From NCBI RefSeq assembly GCF_001194135.2, contig NC_068983.1, forward strand, positions 31,322,682 through 31,368,470: a DNA stretch of 45,789 nucleotides. The letters run 5' to 3'. The position numbers and the translations under genes are program-made. Numbering within the stretch: the stretch's first letter is position 1; each line of letters opens with the position of its first letter. Positions 10,201 through 22,969 of this stretch are shown one piece after another. This DNA comes from Octopus bimaculoides. Taxonomy: Eukaryota. A model generated the notes under the pieces. That model ran no database searches and was not told where the DNA came from. It worked only from the letters and a program-made list of their open reading frames with translations.

Positions 10201-10785
10201 GTGAAATATAAATTCCTGATACTCAAATTATTCTTCCACTACACCATCCCAACTCTAATAATAATAGTAATGACCAATAATCTTCCGATGCAGATAGTTT
10301 CACAGTTCTGTTGTATAAAATCAAAAATAACTTATCATGTTCAATTACAATTTATTTCAATATTTAAATAGAAATTCTGTTTTTGTTTCTTGTTTTGTTT
10401 TTTGTTTCAGGTTTTTTTTTCTTTTGCAAAACGTATTTGTTTAAATAAAAAGAAAAAATGCAAAGACAAAAAAAAAAAGAAAGCAAGAGCTACACGTTAA
10501 TTGCTTTTATTCGCTAATTAAACTCGTCTTTCTTTCATTAACGGATCCTGGTTCACTGATTATATCAGCACATTAGCTATTTACGCATTTTTCTATTCAT
10601 CTATATTCATAAGATTGCTTTATTTAAGTTCGCGTGATATGTGAACTTAAATAAAGTTGAATAGTTCCAACCGTCGAGTTCATCTTACATTACACCTCCG
10701 CATGATTCTCAAAAGTCAGGACGTGGAGTCAGAAACAGGCACACTCGTGACAACCTTTTCAATTCTACGTTTGTTGCTTTGTAGA

Positions 10786-11055
10786 GGTCTGTGGCACAGA
10801 GTAGGAGGTAAGCTTCTAGCGAAGAGAGTCTGTGGACCCAGGTTCGATTATCAACGTTGGCTATATTCTTTCATTGGGAAATATATTAATATCACAACAC
10901 CTACCTTTCTATTAATGGATAAACCCGATCACAAATAGTAGAAAGGAAAACAATTGATTGATATTAAAAGATATTAATGTCACAACACCCGTCTTTCTGT
11001 TAATGAATACATCTGATGGCGAAAAGTAAAAAAGAAAATAATTGATTGGATCTAT
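10786..11055 (+). mobile_element. tRNA-like head followed by an 88-bp tandem duplication (SINE-like)
   Basis: TGGCACAGAGTAGG A-box-like; GGTTCGATT B-box-like at 10841; ATATTAAT.TCACAACACC..CTTTCT.TTAATG.ATA repeats starting at 10883 and 10971. Confidence 0.45.
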
Positions 11056-11842
11056 ATTTGGTTCAATAGTTAAGATGCCGATGAATGACCATTCATACGC
11101 GGCAATCTATTTGCGTCGATTTTTCTGTAGACTAATATGTCTGTTTAGTTAAGTTCGGGTTAACACACTTGATGTAGTGAACCAAAACTGAATGCTAATC
11201 AATCAAATACTCGTAATGTTAAGAACAATCATTAGTGCTAATGACAATTCTTGTCAAAAAAAGGCAAGAGAGATATTCCGAAATTTTAATTAATAAATAA
11301 ATAAACGGTGGGATGCGTCGAGGAGCGCCTCTGATATTTAATAGATACAGTACCAACACTGGAATGTTTCAGTTTTATTAAAATTCCTCAGCCGATACGA
11401 ATTTGCCAAATCTTACATTGCCTGAGACAAAAGATTTTGCGTTAAAAATTATTGCTCTTCTCATCACAAGTGTAATTTCAATTCATGACATTTCCTTTTG
11501 GTCTGCTTACATTAAGTATGTTGGTATACATTTAACTATTTATTTAACTATACAGAAGGTACAACTGGAAAATGTCATTTCGAATTGTCTGCATTTACTT
11601 TTTAATAAATTTAAATCATTCTCTTTCTCATCTGCTTTCTCACTATCATTATCACCATCATCATTACCGCCGTTATCTTTATCTTAATGATTTTCAGAAT
11701 CCCCCTCCTCCTCCTCCTCATCATCATCATCATCAATAAACTTCGTTTATTTTACCTCCACTACATTTATCATCAAATAAAACAGGGCGCGAATATCGCC
11801 TAATGTCTTGTGTAACTTAAACTTCTGCTATACTGAATTTCT

Positions 11843-12044
11843 GTGGAGGCACAATGGTCCAGTGGTTAGGGCAGCAGTCATAGGATCGCGGTTTCGATTC
11901 CCAGACTGGGCGTTGTGAGTGTTTATTATGCGAAAACACCTAATGCTCCACGAGGCTTCGGCAGGGGATGGTGGCGAACCCTGCTGTACTCTTTCACCAC
12001 AACTTTCTCTCGCTCTTACTTTCTGTTGTGCCTGTAATTCAAAG
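11843..12044 (+). mobile_element. tRNA-derived SINE
   Basis: GGAGGCACAATGGTCCAGTGGTTAGGGC head and GGTTTCGATTCCC B box. Confidence 0.8.
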
Positions 12045-12235
12045 TAGCACAGTATCACTATCCTGTTTTCTTCGCTGATCCACTTCCCCCTCCTTGCTCT
12101 GTTATCTGCCTAATGCTGTATTAGGATGACGGCTGTGATCAGTCAGCAGTTTTACCGATCCGCTGCCGAGCGAGAAGCCTTCCCTTAAAGGTCCAGCTTC
12201 ATTTTCGCTGTTACAACCAAAGTTCTTCAGAAACT
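12045..12235 (-). mobile_element. R4/Dong-like LINE N-terminal fragment
   Basis: Minus translation ...GKWISEENRIVILCY resembles the N-terminal KW..E....CY motif of the larger copies (RHKCSKQVKMMVIECYY at ~39200; RRKWTREKYISILYVY at ~32670). Confidence 0.5.
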
Positions 12236-12691
12236 TCTCTCTCTCTCACAAACTGAGATAGGATAACATTCGTCACCATCGTCATCACCACTATTATTTT
12301 CCGACATCTGAAAGTTTTAAGCAAGTTTCTATTGCATCACTTGCTGCACCTCTGTGCTGGTGGGNNNNNNNNNNGGGGGGCATTGTATTGTATTAATACG
12401 TTTTGTTATGGGGTTTCGTTTGAATCTTCTGTTATATTAGTTTTTATATTGTGTGTTGCATGTGAAGCGCAGGTTGTGTTCTTCTGCTGGGTATCGGCAT
12501 TTTATAGCACATGATGTGAGTTTTGTTCATTTTGTTGGGTATTTACAGTATGAGTTTATCCCTGTATGTTTTTGGATGGGTGTTGCATAGTAGCGTGTGT
12601 GTGTGTGTGTAGCTCCTAAATCAACTATTTTATAGTATTCATGATTATCCGTCCGCTGTTCTTTTGCTTGGTTTTGTTAAGATTTCCGTGA

Positions 12692-12748
<57 letters not shown>
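12692..12748. repeat. (ATT)n microsatellite
   Basis: Pure array. Confidence 0.95.
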
Positions 12749-12750
<2 letters not shown>

Positions 12751-13439
12751 TTTCATTACCATCTTCTTTCAATTTTGTTTCCTTTTCTTGCCGAGTGCCT
12801 TCCTGACATCTAGGGCAGAGAAACGCACTGTATACATTTGTAGGCCATTAAAATAATCACACCAGATTCTTCATTTACCAAGTAATGTGATAGAATAAAG
12901 AGGAAGAAAGACAGAGAGAAAACGGAAAAGATATAAAATATAAAAGCAAAAAAGAAAAGAAAATTCACAGTGACAATACTCTTCTCAATACATGTGATGT
13001 ACCAGTTAATACAATCTTTTCTACTTCCTGCATGGATGGTAATCCAGAAATTACTCTTAAATAATTTTCAGTTCCTTTTTTGATCATTCCAAGTGCTCCT
13101 ATAATCACTGGTATTGTAACCGTCTTGAGATGCCATCTTAACTCCTACTACTGTGTGGTATTATAAAATGTTTAGTTTCGACTTTTGTCTTGTACTTGAG
13201 ATAATCATAAATATGTGAGGGCTGGAGGAGATAGAATGGACAATGAGAATTCCACAGGTCTGTAAATAGGTTCGGCAGATGGTGGGAAGGAGATCAAATT
13301 TCCTAAAGATGATCGTGTGTATCCGACCAGAGAAGACTGTAGTGTTCTTGCAATATAAAGGATGTTTACATTTTTGAATATTCACGGAGGAAGGAAAGGA
13401 AAGAATAGAAGGGTAGATTTTTCATAGAAAATTGTAGAT

Positions 13440-14240
13440 ATTAAAGATATTCTTGGCCTAGCAGTCCTACCGTGGAGTGGGGCGCTACCGGTTCGAGATA
13501 ATCTCTACTGGCACGGATGTGCTGTCAAACGGACTTGTCCGAGATTGTCGCAGAGTGGCGAAACTGTTCTGCACGCCCTCGTTCAGTGTCCGGGCATTTC
13601 TGACTAGTGGGGTTATGTTGAACAGCTGCTTACACGTGTGGGACGGATCCATTTGTCGGCCGAGTCTGTAGTGATGATCGCACCACCGCCCTCCTTCGAT
13701 CGGGCAAGCAAGGCAGTTTTCCTTTGCCTGGTAGTTGTGGCGAAAGAGGTTGTTTGATGGACAAGGCTGAAATGCATGAAGACAGATATATTCCTCTTTG
13801 GTAGAGCTCTCATTGACTTCAAGTTTCATTTGAAAAGGAAATTGAGAGTGGAGAGGGAAGTGCTGTCCCGTGAGCGTTTATTGAAAGGTGAGGAAAAGTT
13901 GCGAAAATGGCCAGAGTGGATGGTACCTCTCTAAATGTAGACATGTAAGTCGGAGATAAGGAATTGGAGAGGGCACTTGCTCATAGGGTTTCAGGGAAAT
14001 CTCGGACAGTGCGGTTCCTCGATTATCCCTAGAGGCGTTTCTGTATCAGGAGGGCCACATCTCTATCGTCCTCCCACTTTTTTTATTTTTGTATGCTATG
14101 CACTTGTCCCTCCGTTTTCAGTGTATACCATGTATAATCTTTTTTATCATTTCATTATTATACGTAAACTCCCATACTTTACGTCTGTCTCTGTATTGTC
14201 TCTCTCATCCTTCACCCTTGTGGAAAATAAATGAAATCAT
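13440..14240 (+). mobile_element. Tx1/L1-like LINE 3' fragment (CCHC knuckle region + 3' UTR)
   Basis: Plus translation CPRLSQSGETVLHALVQCP...KFHLKRKLRVEREVL; clearly homologous to 36920-37300 (shared CCGGTTCGAGATAA and TTCAAGTTTCATTTGAAAA..AA.TTGAG.GTGGAGAGGGAAGTGCTG); ends in AATAAATGAAA before a microsatellite. Confidence 0.8.
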
Positions 14241-14247
14241 TATTATC

Positions 14248-14303
<56 letters not shown>

Positions 14304-14316
14304 CAGCAGCAGCAGC
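14248..14316. repeat. (AGT)n(AGC)n microsatellite between two converging LINE 3' ends
   Basis: Compound trinucleotide array. Confidence 0.95.
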
Positions 14317-14860
14317 TCTGAGTCAGTCGTTGCAATTACGACTGTTCATGGCTGGCTTTTCGCGTGAGTTTGCTGCTTATCATGATCAATTTCTTTCCAC
14401 TTCATATTCCTTTTTTGCAGTATCTTTGAATCTCAATTTAAGTCTTCTGTGGTTTCCTTTCCCCTTGCATAATTGAGAGTAAAGGATTTGTCTAGGGAGT
14501 CTGTCGTTGTCCATCCTGTGTACGTGACCCAACCAACGTAAATTTCTATCAATGAGGATTTCCTTCATAAGAGGCAGACCAGCACACCAGTGGGTCTCTT
14601 CATTCCTGATCTTGTCAAAGAGAATAATATTCATAATTCGCCGTAGCTACCTCATCATATATGCATGTAACTTGTCTTTTTGAACTTTATATACTGTCCC
14701 GTTTTCAGCTCCATACAGCAAGGAAGACAGCGATATAGCCTGGTATATCTTATATTTGACACGTATGGAAAAAAGGCCAATTTTTACACAGACTCTCCTG
14801 CAACTTGCCAAAAGAAGCACTAGCTCTGCTCATTCTGTATGTGATTTCCTGGAACAGGAA
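14317..14860 (-). mobile_element. RTE-clade LINE fragment (post-RT C-terminal region)
   Basis: RMSRASASFGKL, SSLLYGAE, LRWLGHVHRMDNDRLPRQILYSQL and KLRFKD are typical RTE C-terminal motifs. Confidence 0.85.
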
Positions 14861-15479
14861 GAAAAGGTGCCCCCTCCCCCCAGGAGAGGAAGACGGTGGA
14901 AGTCGGGGAGGAGGTTGCCTCCTCGAAAAGAAAAAGAAAAGGAAAGGTGAGCAACAACTGTTGCTCACCAAAAGACAAGCAGGTTGCGGGAGAGGAGGAG
15001 GACCTCCGGGTGTGCCGACGGAGGTCCAGACTCACACAACCTCAAAAAGGAAAAGGAAAAAAGGAAACAGGAGACGGTCAGTGGATGTTGCTGTTCCGCC
15101 GACAGAGCCCAATGCTACGCCGGTGGGATGTGTGCCACCGGCGCGAGGGGCTCCATCAGTGGGAATTGTGCCACTGATGGAGGAAGCTGTGGCCCCTCTC
15201 AGTGAAAATAATGAAGAATATATGGTCTTCTATCTCAAGGGAGGGGCCGTAGAAAGCTTTCTAAATAGTTTTGCAGGTCGGGAACTGGCGGTTCCGACTT
15301 GCATTGGTAGTCCAGATTGGCTTCCGCAGGTGTCTGCGGAGCTAATGGAAGAGAGCGAGTTTTATGAAATAATTGATTCCTTCTCTAAGGAGGAATATAA
15401 TTTTCTGTTGTGGGTCTCCGAACTGCTGGTGCGGGATTGCCTGCAGGCAGCAAGGAATCTGATCGGGGATGATAGATAA
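14861..15479 (+). CDS. Open GC-rich reading frame (~205 codons); possibly the C-terminal part of a LINE ORF1, unidentified
   Basis: No stop to TAA at 15477-15479; basic KKKKRK and KRKRKK patches, a Pro-rich middle and an acidic helical-looking end; abuts the RTE fragment with no credible start codon. Confidence 0.4.
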
Positions 15480-15878
15480 TGAGGCTTAGCGCCTCAATTT
15501 ATTTTATAATTGTTTGTTAATAAAAAAAAAAACAAGAAAAAAAGAACAGTGTTTTTGAGGGGTACTCGACCGGCGGGCGTCGTTGCTCCTCTATTCAATA
15601 TCATATTTTGTTTATCATTTCCTTTCATTTGTGTGACTGTCCAGCCTGCATAGCTTCTGCATCTATCTTTGTGCTGCTCTTGTGACAAATTTCATGAAAT
15701 AAAGATACGGATCGACCCGATGTTATAGTGAATGACATTTGTCCAAGATTCTACACTTTTGGAGCGTACCTGCGGACTTAAAAAAGTTCGGCCATATATG
15801 TGTATGTTCGAGGCCCTGTTCTTTCCTCTTCCCACTTCCCTTCGTTTATTTTATTTTATTTAGTTTTTTTGTATTTGT

Positions 15879-16000
15879 ACTCACTCTGATGAAGCTCCAT
15901 GTACTAGATCGAATGTGCTATAAACATGGCGAGTATTATTTTCGGAATTTTCTTTGTAAGCAACGATGGATATCGGCAGCCGAAACGGCCGTAAGGAATG
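15879..16000 (+). ncRNA. Degenerate type I hammerhead-like motif with ~89-nt stem II insert
   Basis: CTGATGA 15886-15892; GCT/AGC closing pairs; GAAA 15982-15985; perfectly palindromic stem III ACGGCCGT 15985-15992; GTA triplet. Stem I is poor (2 bp). Confidence 0.5.
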
Positions 16001-16097
16001 TTATGTATGATATGTTATGTTTTGTATTAAAAAATAATTAACCAATGTTAGTCAATTTGTTTCTAAAGTTTTCTCCATTTTCTGCCTATTCAAATTT

Positions 16098-16115
16098 ACA
16101 TATATATATGTACAT

Positions 16116-16150
<35 letters not shown>

Positions 16151-16177
16151 CACACACAAACACACACATACATGCGC

Positions 16178-16236
<59 letters not shown>

Positions 16237-16760
16237 TATATGTAATGGTCACCCGATTCATTGCAGACAACTAAAAAACTATAAATAGAGTGCGTATTTA
16301 GTGAGCGCAAGCAAGCCGCAGAGGCCAAGCTATCGTTTAACAATCTGAAGCCTTTTTCAATAACTTTGTCGATCGCTTAAAGCTAACAAGTGCCTAGAAC
16401 TTTGTAACAAACAAGTCGGTCATACATATACACTAATAACATCTCCTGTCTTCCTCTCACCGTCTTTAAATGTGTGCTTTCCCTCATGTGTCTGTGTGGT
16501 GGTTATCTGTGTGTGTAAAATCAATCAATTCCATAAGTTAAGAGAGCTAAACGGAAAAATTGTGAGATTACAGATCTAAAATAGTAAATTCGATGTTTGA
16601 TGCACACATATACGTTATATATATGCATGCACACATACATAAATATTCCTACACACGCACACACACTCTCACACACACACACACACACACATATATATAA
16701 ACGTATATATATATATATGTGTGTGTATGTATGTATGTATGTATGTGTATGTATTTACGA

Positions 16761-16805
<45 letters not shown>

Positions 16806-16810
16806 AACAA

Positions 16811-16847
<37 letters not shown>

Positions 16848-16851
16848 TAAG

Positions 16852-16916
<65 letters not shown>

Positions 16917-17174
16917 ACAGAGAGACACAAACACTCAAATACATATACACTAGTATGCGTATGGATGGATGGATGGATGGATGGATGGCTCATATTTATC
17001 TCATGAAATCCATTGATTTGATTATTAGAAACTACACAGAAATTTCTGGACACCAATATTTTGCAGCCCGGCTACAACTATTGCAAACTTTGCTTGCACA
17101 CGCATACGTATCTATACATTTGTGTTTGTGAATGTACGTGTATGTATGTATGTATGTATATATATGTATGTATC

Positions 17175-17217
<43 letters not shown>

Positions 17218-17982
17218 ATATATATATATATATATATAATGGAATAAATCATATGCAATAACAAATGAAAACGGTAAATGGTTGGGTTTTTTTCTGTTTT
17301 TTTCCACTGGAATTCTATAAGTTTGGAAGCTTGATTGGTCGAGCGATGTTTGAAATGGAGCCGAGATAAATATGGTAGAAAATAACATAATAAATGGAAA
17401 GAACATAAAAAAATAACGTAAAGGATGTAGTGCATGAGAAAACAAAAATAAATGTGAATTTTTTTATAAAAATGAAAGTAGAATTAACAATGGTCGGCTG
17501 CAAATATTTAAAGAGTAGCATGACATACACATACATACATATGCACACGCAAACACATATATTTAAATGTAATGTATGTCTACAAATACACACACACATA
17601 TGTGTATGTATGTATGCATGCATGCACGTATGTATCTATGATATTAATACATACGAATATATGTACTTATATATGTACACAAACTATATAAGTTTGATGC
17701 AGGAATGAAAACTGAATGGGCTTATCACAAAATCAACAGGAATATAATATACCGGCAAGATGAAACGATCTTTCAATCTCACCGCATATCATGATGTTTG
17801 AACGATTTTCAATCGAATTGTTTATTATATTTTAAGTATAATTCGATTTAATTCTCCTTTGAATTTTCTTCCAACTCAATAAAATATACTCTGTACACAT
17901 AATGTCTGTCTGACTATCTCTCTGTCTGCCAAACTCACCTTGTCTTTTGTGTGTGTGTTTGTGTGTGCGTGCGTGTGTGTGT

Positions 17983-18027
<45 letters not shown>

Positions 18028-18065
18028 TGTATTTGTGTCTGTGTCTCTGTCTGTGTATCTGTGTC
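16098..18065. repeat. Compound microsatellite field: (AC)n, (TA)n, (TATG)n, (GGAT)n, (CT)n, (TG)n
   Basis: Many adjacent short-period arrays separated by AT-rich spacers. Confidence 0.9.
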
Positions 18066-18124
18066 TGCGTGTTGTGTAAATATATGATGGTGATGAATTC
18101 TTCCGTCAGTTTCCACGTATGAGG

Positions 18125-18660
18125 ATCTGACAACCTACTCTTTCTTTGTCAGTCGCAATGCCAACGATTTGCAAAGAAGCCCACAGATGCTGCAAGTATA
18201 AGGATTACAGGTTAGAGCAGGTGGTATATTTGCAGCCACTTTTCTCCTTTGCGTTGCACACCTAAGCCTGTCAATGCTGGTTGCAACAAAGTTGCAACAA
18301 GTGGAGATTGTTATTTCAAAATTTCGATACAACGTTCTCCATTTTGTTCGCTCCAAGGTTGTTCGCTCCAAGGTTGTTCGCTCCAAGGTTGTTCGCTCCA
18401 AGGTTGCTCGCTCAAAGGTATCGTGAGCTTTTTTCATTGCTGAGAGGTTGCTCTTCAGCTTGTCCTTATACCTGAGCCATGGTTGATCAACATTCCTGTA
18501 CCTACTATCAAGCTAGCTGTATATGAGGACTTTAGGCATTACTTCGTCACTCATTCTGTTGACATGGCCAGCCCGGCGCAATTGCGACTGCATAAGGAAG
18601 CTCTCGATTCCACCAATCTTACACTTGCTAAATTGGTCAACATTAGAAACTGTCCTTTAG
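18125..18660 (-). mobile_element. RTE-clade LINE 3' fragment with C-terminal zinc-finger remnant
   Basis: QLRRAGHVNRMSDEVMPKVLIYS, LRYKDKLKSNL, ERTKWRTL, YTCSICGLLCKSLA. Confidence 0.85.
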
Positions 18661-18665
18661 TGAAT

Positions 18666-19672
<1,007 letters not shown>

Positions 19673-20055
19673 TATATATATAAATATATATATATATATA
19701 TNNNNNNNNNNNNNNNNNNNNNNNNNNNNNNNNNNNNNNNNNNNNNNNNNNNNNNNNNNNNNNNNNNNNNNNNNNNNNNNNNNNNNNNNNNNNNNNNNNN
19801 NNNNNNNNNNNNNNNNNNNNNNNNNNNNNNNNNNNNNNNNNNNNNNNNNNNNNNNNNNNNNNNNNNNNNNNNNNNNNNNNNNNNNNNNNNNNNNNNNNNN
19901 NNNNNNNNNNNNNNNNNNNNNNNNNNNNNNNNNNNNNNNNNNNNNNNNNNNNNNNNNNNNNNNNNNNNNNNNNNNNNNNNNNNNNNNNNNACGGGAAATG
20001 TTTTATAAACATATATAAATTCCATCCATCGATTATCATCAATATTTTTACGGTC

Positions 20056-20121
<66 letters not shown>

Positions 20122-20227
20122 ACACATGTATGTATTATGTATTTATGTGTGTCTGTATGTCTGTATGTCTGTATGTCTATGTTTACGAGAGTTTGACAAG
20201 CATCTCCAACTAGCAGGCCATTGCTAC

Positions 20228-20270
20228 TCCAGACTGATGACGAGCAAAGACTCAGAAACATGTCTTTGGA
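20228..20270 (+). ncRNA. Minimal type I hammerhead ribozyme motif
   Basis: TCCAGA (20228-33) pairs TTTGGA (20265-70); CTGATGA 20234-40; stem II GAG/CTC around CAAAGA; GAAA 20255-58; palindromic stem III ACATGT 20258-63; GTC cleavage triplet. Confidence 0.7.
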
Positions 20271-20439
20271 TGCAGGATTAGCTAAGTGGGGGTGCTTGTC
20301 TCCACCTTGTAAACATAAGGGCACAGGGAATGTGTCAAGGCCGACAGGAAGCGGTGCTGCTTCCTAGGGCTAAATAGCAGTAGTGTTATTCCCTTCATGG
20401 GACTGTCACATTAAGTTGACAGCATGCAACTACTTTATA

Positions 20440-20494
<55 letters not shown>

Positions 20495-21054
20495 ATATAT
20501 CTATATATCGAGCGATCTAAGTATTACATGTTTTGTTGATAATTTAGCTTAACCCATTCATAATTAATAATTATTTAAAAATTAACGCTAAATATTTAAC
20601 GTAATGAAATAGTCAGTTGTCGTGAACAAGTTCATTCAAACTGAAACAGAATTAACTCTGCAAAGTACCCACCAGATAAAGAATACATACATGCATTTGG
20701 ACATGTATGTATGCATTCTCACATGAATGCATGTAGAAATGTTTGCATGGACGCATTGCATATGTGTATCACACCACATCCTGAATTTCGTGTCTCATTT
20801 GTATATTTTAACAGTTCCTTTGATATCTTGTAACTGTAATCTTAAGATTACATGTGATCTTTTTGGTTTTGTGAATCCCAGATTCCAGAAATTAGTTTTG
20901 AGGCAGCTAGTTATGTAGCTAGATGTTCCAAATAACTAAACAATTATTGATAGAAATCTAGTGTCAGTAACTATAGATTTATCATCAGCTTGATATAAAT
21001 GTTTTCCTTTTCCGCTAAACTTATCCTCTAAGAGCCTCTTATTATTGATTTCAA

Positions 21055-21265
21055 ATTTTGGCACAAAGCTATGAATTCCGGCGGGGTAGAGAGGTAAGTC
21101 GATCACAACGACCTCAATGCTCAACTGTTACTTATTTTTTCGACTCCGAAAAGGTAAATGGTAAAGTCGTCCTCAGTGGAATTTTAACTCACAAAGTAAA
21201 GACGGACGAAATGCCACCTAGCATATTGCCAGGCGTGCTAACGATTCTACCAGCTCACAGCCTTA
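21055..21265 (-). mobile_element. tRNA-derived SINE (same family as the 8.4-10.2 kb cluster)
   Basis: TCGACTCCGAAAAGG...AAAGTCGTCCTCAGTGGAATTTTAACTCAC...GCTAACGATTCTACCAGCTC. Confidence 0.8.
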
Positions 21266-21564
21266 AAACCACTTAATAATTAACATATATTAATATATAC
21301 ATTCTACGTGAAGTATTGAGTGCCTTATTTAAAGCGTTGTTCCGTCTGTTCCTAACCATCACCAAATACAATTATATATACTTTCATTCGTTCGTACATG
21401 TGTATCCGCATACATACGTACATATATACATACATTGATACATACATACATACATACATACATACATAAATGCATACATACATACATACATACATACATA
21501 CATACATACATACATACGTATATACATACATATATATACATATATACATAAACTACAGTGCACA

Positions 21565-21868
21565 GTTACTTTTCGATACATCACTGTGTCGAAAAGATTA
21601 TCAGATATCTGTATACATCGCTGGTCACAATGTGCTTCCTTGCATTGTTGGAGCTTTCGGACAATACCACCCAGCTGGCTAGGCGGGACCGCCAACATTC
21701 CTTCTGAATGGAAAGCTAATCCGTCACAGAGTTACCAATTTACTGCCAAGTGAACTGAAGCAACGCAAAATGAAGTTATTTGCTCAACAACACCGCCGGT
21801 CTGGGAATTGAGACCACAATCTTGTAATCGCGAGTGCAACACCTTAACCATTACGCCACTTGCCTTCA
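21565..21868 (-). mobile_element. tRNA-derived SINE (same family as 1132-1460)
   Basis: Reverse complement GTGAAGGCAAGTGGCGTAATGGTTAAGG...TCAATTCCCAGACCGG...TTGAGCAAATAACTTCATTTTGCGTTGCTTCAGTTCACTTGGCAG. Confidence 0.75.
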
Positions 21869-21887
21869 CACAGACACACACACACAC

Positions 21888-21918
<31 letters not shown>

Positions 21919-22089
21919 TGCATGTATGTATGTATGTATGCATGCATGTATGTATTTATGTATGTATGTACGTATGTATGTATGTATGTATGTATGTATG
22001 TTCTCTTCTGTTTTTAAGTATTTAAATTCTTACTCTAGAGAAGAAGCTGGTTTCTAACAAAGATTCAAAGATCCATCGTTGGAATGTTG

Positions 22090-22885
22090 ATAAAAGCAAT
22101 GTCTCATTGTAAACCTAAGAAAAGTCTTCCATATTTTTACTGTTCCACTTACAGATTGTATTGTGCAAGCTGGTTGATTTCTTTTCCTGAATACACTAGC
22201 TTATTCAGACTGTCACTTATGCATTTTACTCACAAAGCCAAGTGCACCAATTATTGTTGCTATAAATGTGAATTATTAATCTGGGTATAGAAGCTGGACG
22301 TTTCGAAGCAGTTGTCCATAGTTATCCTCTTCCTCTTTGATTTTCAAAAAGATATTTACACCAGCAGGACAGCTAGCCGCTATGACGGTACATACTTTTT
22401 CTTATCTACCCCAAAAAGCATTATCTGGAATGTTATGTGTACACTTGACATATATTTCGATGGCAATGTTCCCCCTGTAATCTTTGTGTTGATATTTGTG
22501 CATGTATTCAATAACAGGTGGATTTTCTATATTTTTTGCAAGAAATTTTTTTTCCCGAATAGCATTACATACTGTTTTTGTGACAACGTCATGTCACATA
22601 GGGAGGTAGTACCTTGACATTTTTGAGCAGCTGCTAATCACGTGTGATGTCTTCTTCAGAAATACATAGCCTTCAAAATGTGATATGATGTCGAGGTCAC
22701 GAGTCCAAGAGAGGTTGCACTTTATGTCAATATTACTGTCTTCAAGTATTCGAGAAAAATACACATGCACAGCCTTTGTTTTGGTATGCTGATCGTTTCA
22801 CATCCAGGGTTTTTTTTTAAAGTACGTTAGTCCAGCAATTTTGGGGTTGTATAGGAAATCATCAGAGAGCGCTCTCTGAGGAGCT
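22090..22885 (-). mobile_element. R4/NeSL-like LINE 3' fragment with restriction-enzyme-like (REL) endonuclease remnant
   Basis: Minus translation SHFEGY...SHVISSCSKMSRYYLPM*HDVV...KCTHNIPD...SCPAGVNIFLKIKEEEDNYGQLLRNVQLLYPD...IIGALG. Not captured by the ORF track because of stops. Confidence 0.75.
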
Positions 22886-22938
22886 CACTGTATGTGTGTA
22901 TGTACGTATGTATGTATGTATGTGTGTATGTATGTATG

Positions 22939-22969
<31 letters not shown>

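Noticed and set aside
10786-10862. Functional tRNA gene, or tRNA-Sec-like sequence (TCTAGCGA.GAGAG)
   Set aside because: No acceptor or T-stem pairing could be built; the resemblance is short and probably coincidental. Treated as a SINE head.
18344-18418. CRISPR-like array interpretation of short repeats (also 39655-39707 and 23340-23444)
   Set aside because: The repeats are contiguous without unique spacers, the context is eukaryotic, and there are no cas genes.
20941-20995. Minus-strand CTGATGA plus 7-bp stem (AAATCTA/TAGATTT) as a hammerhead
   Set aside because: The GAAA half of the core is missing and there is no stem I partner; at best a dead relic.
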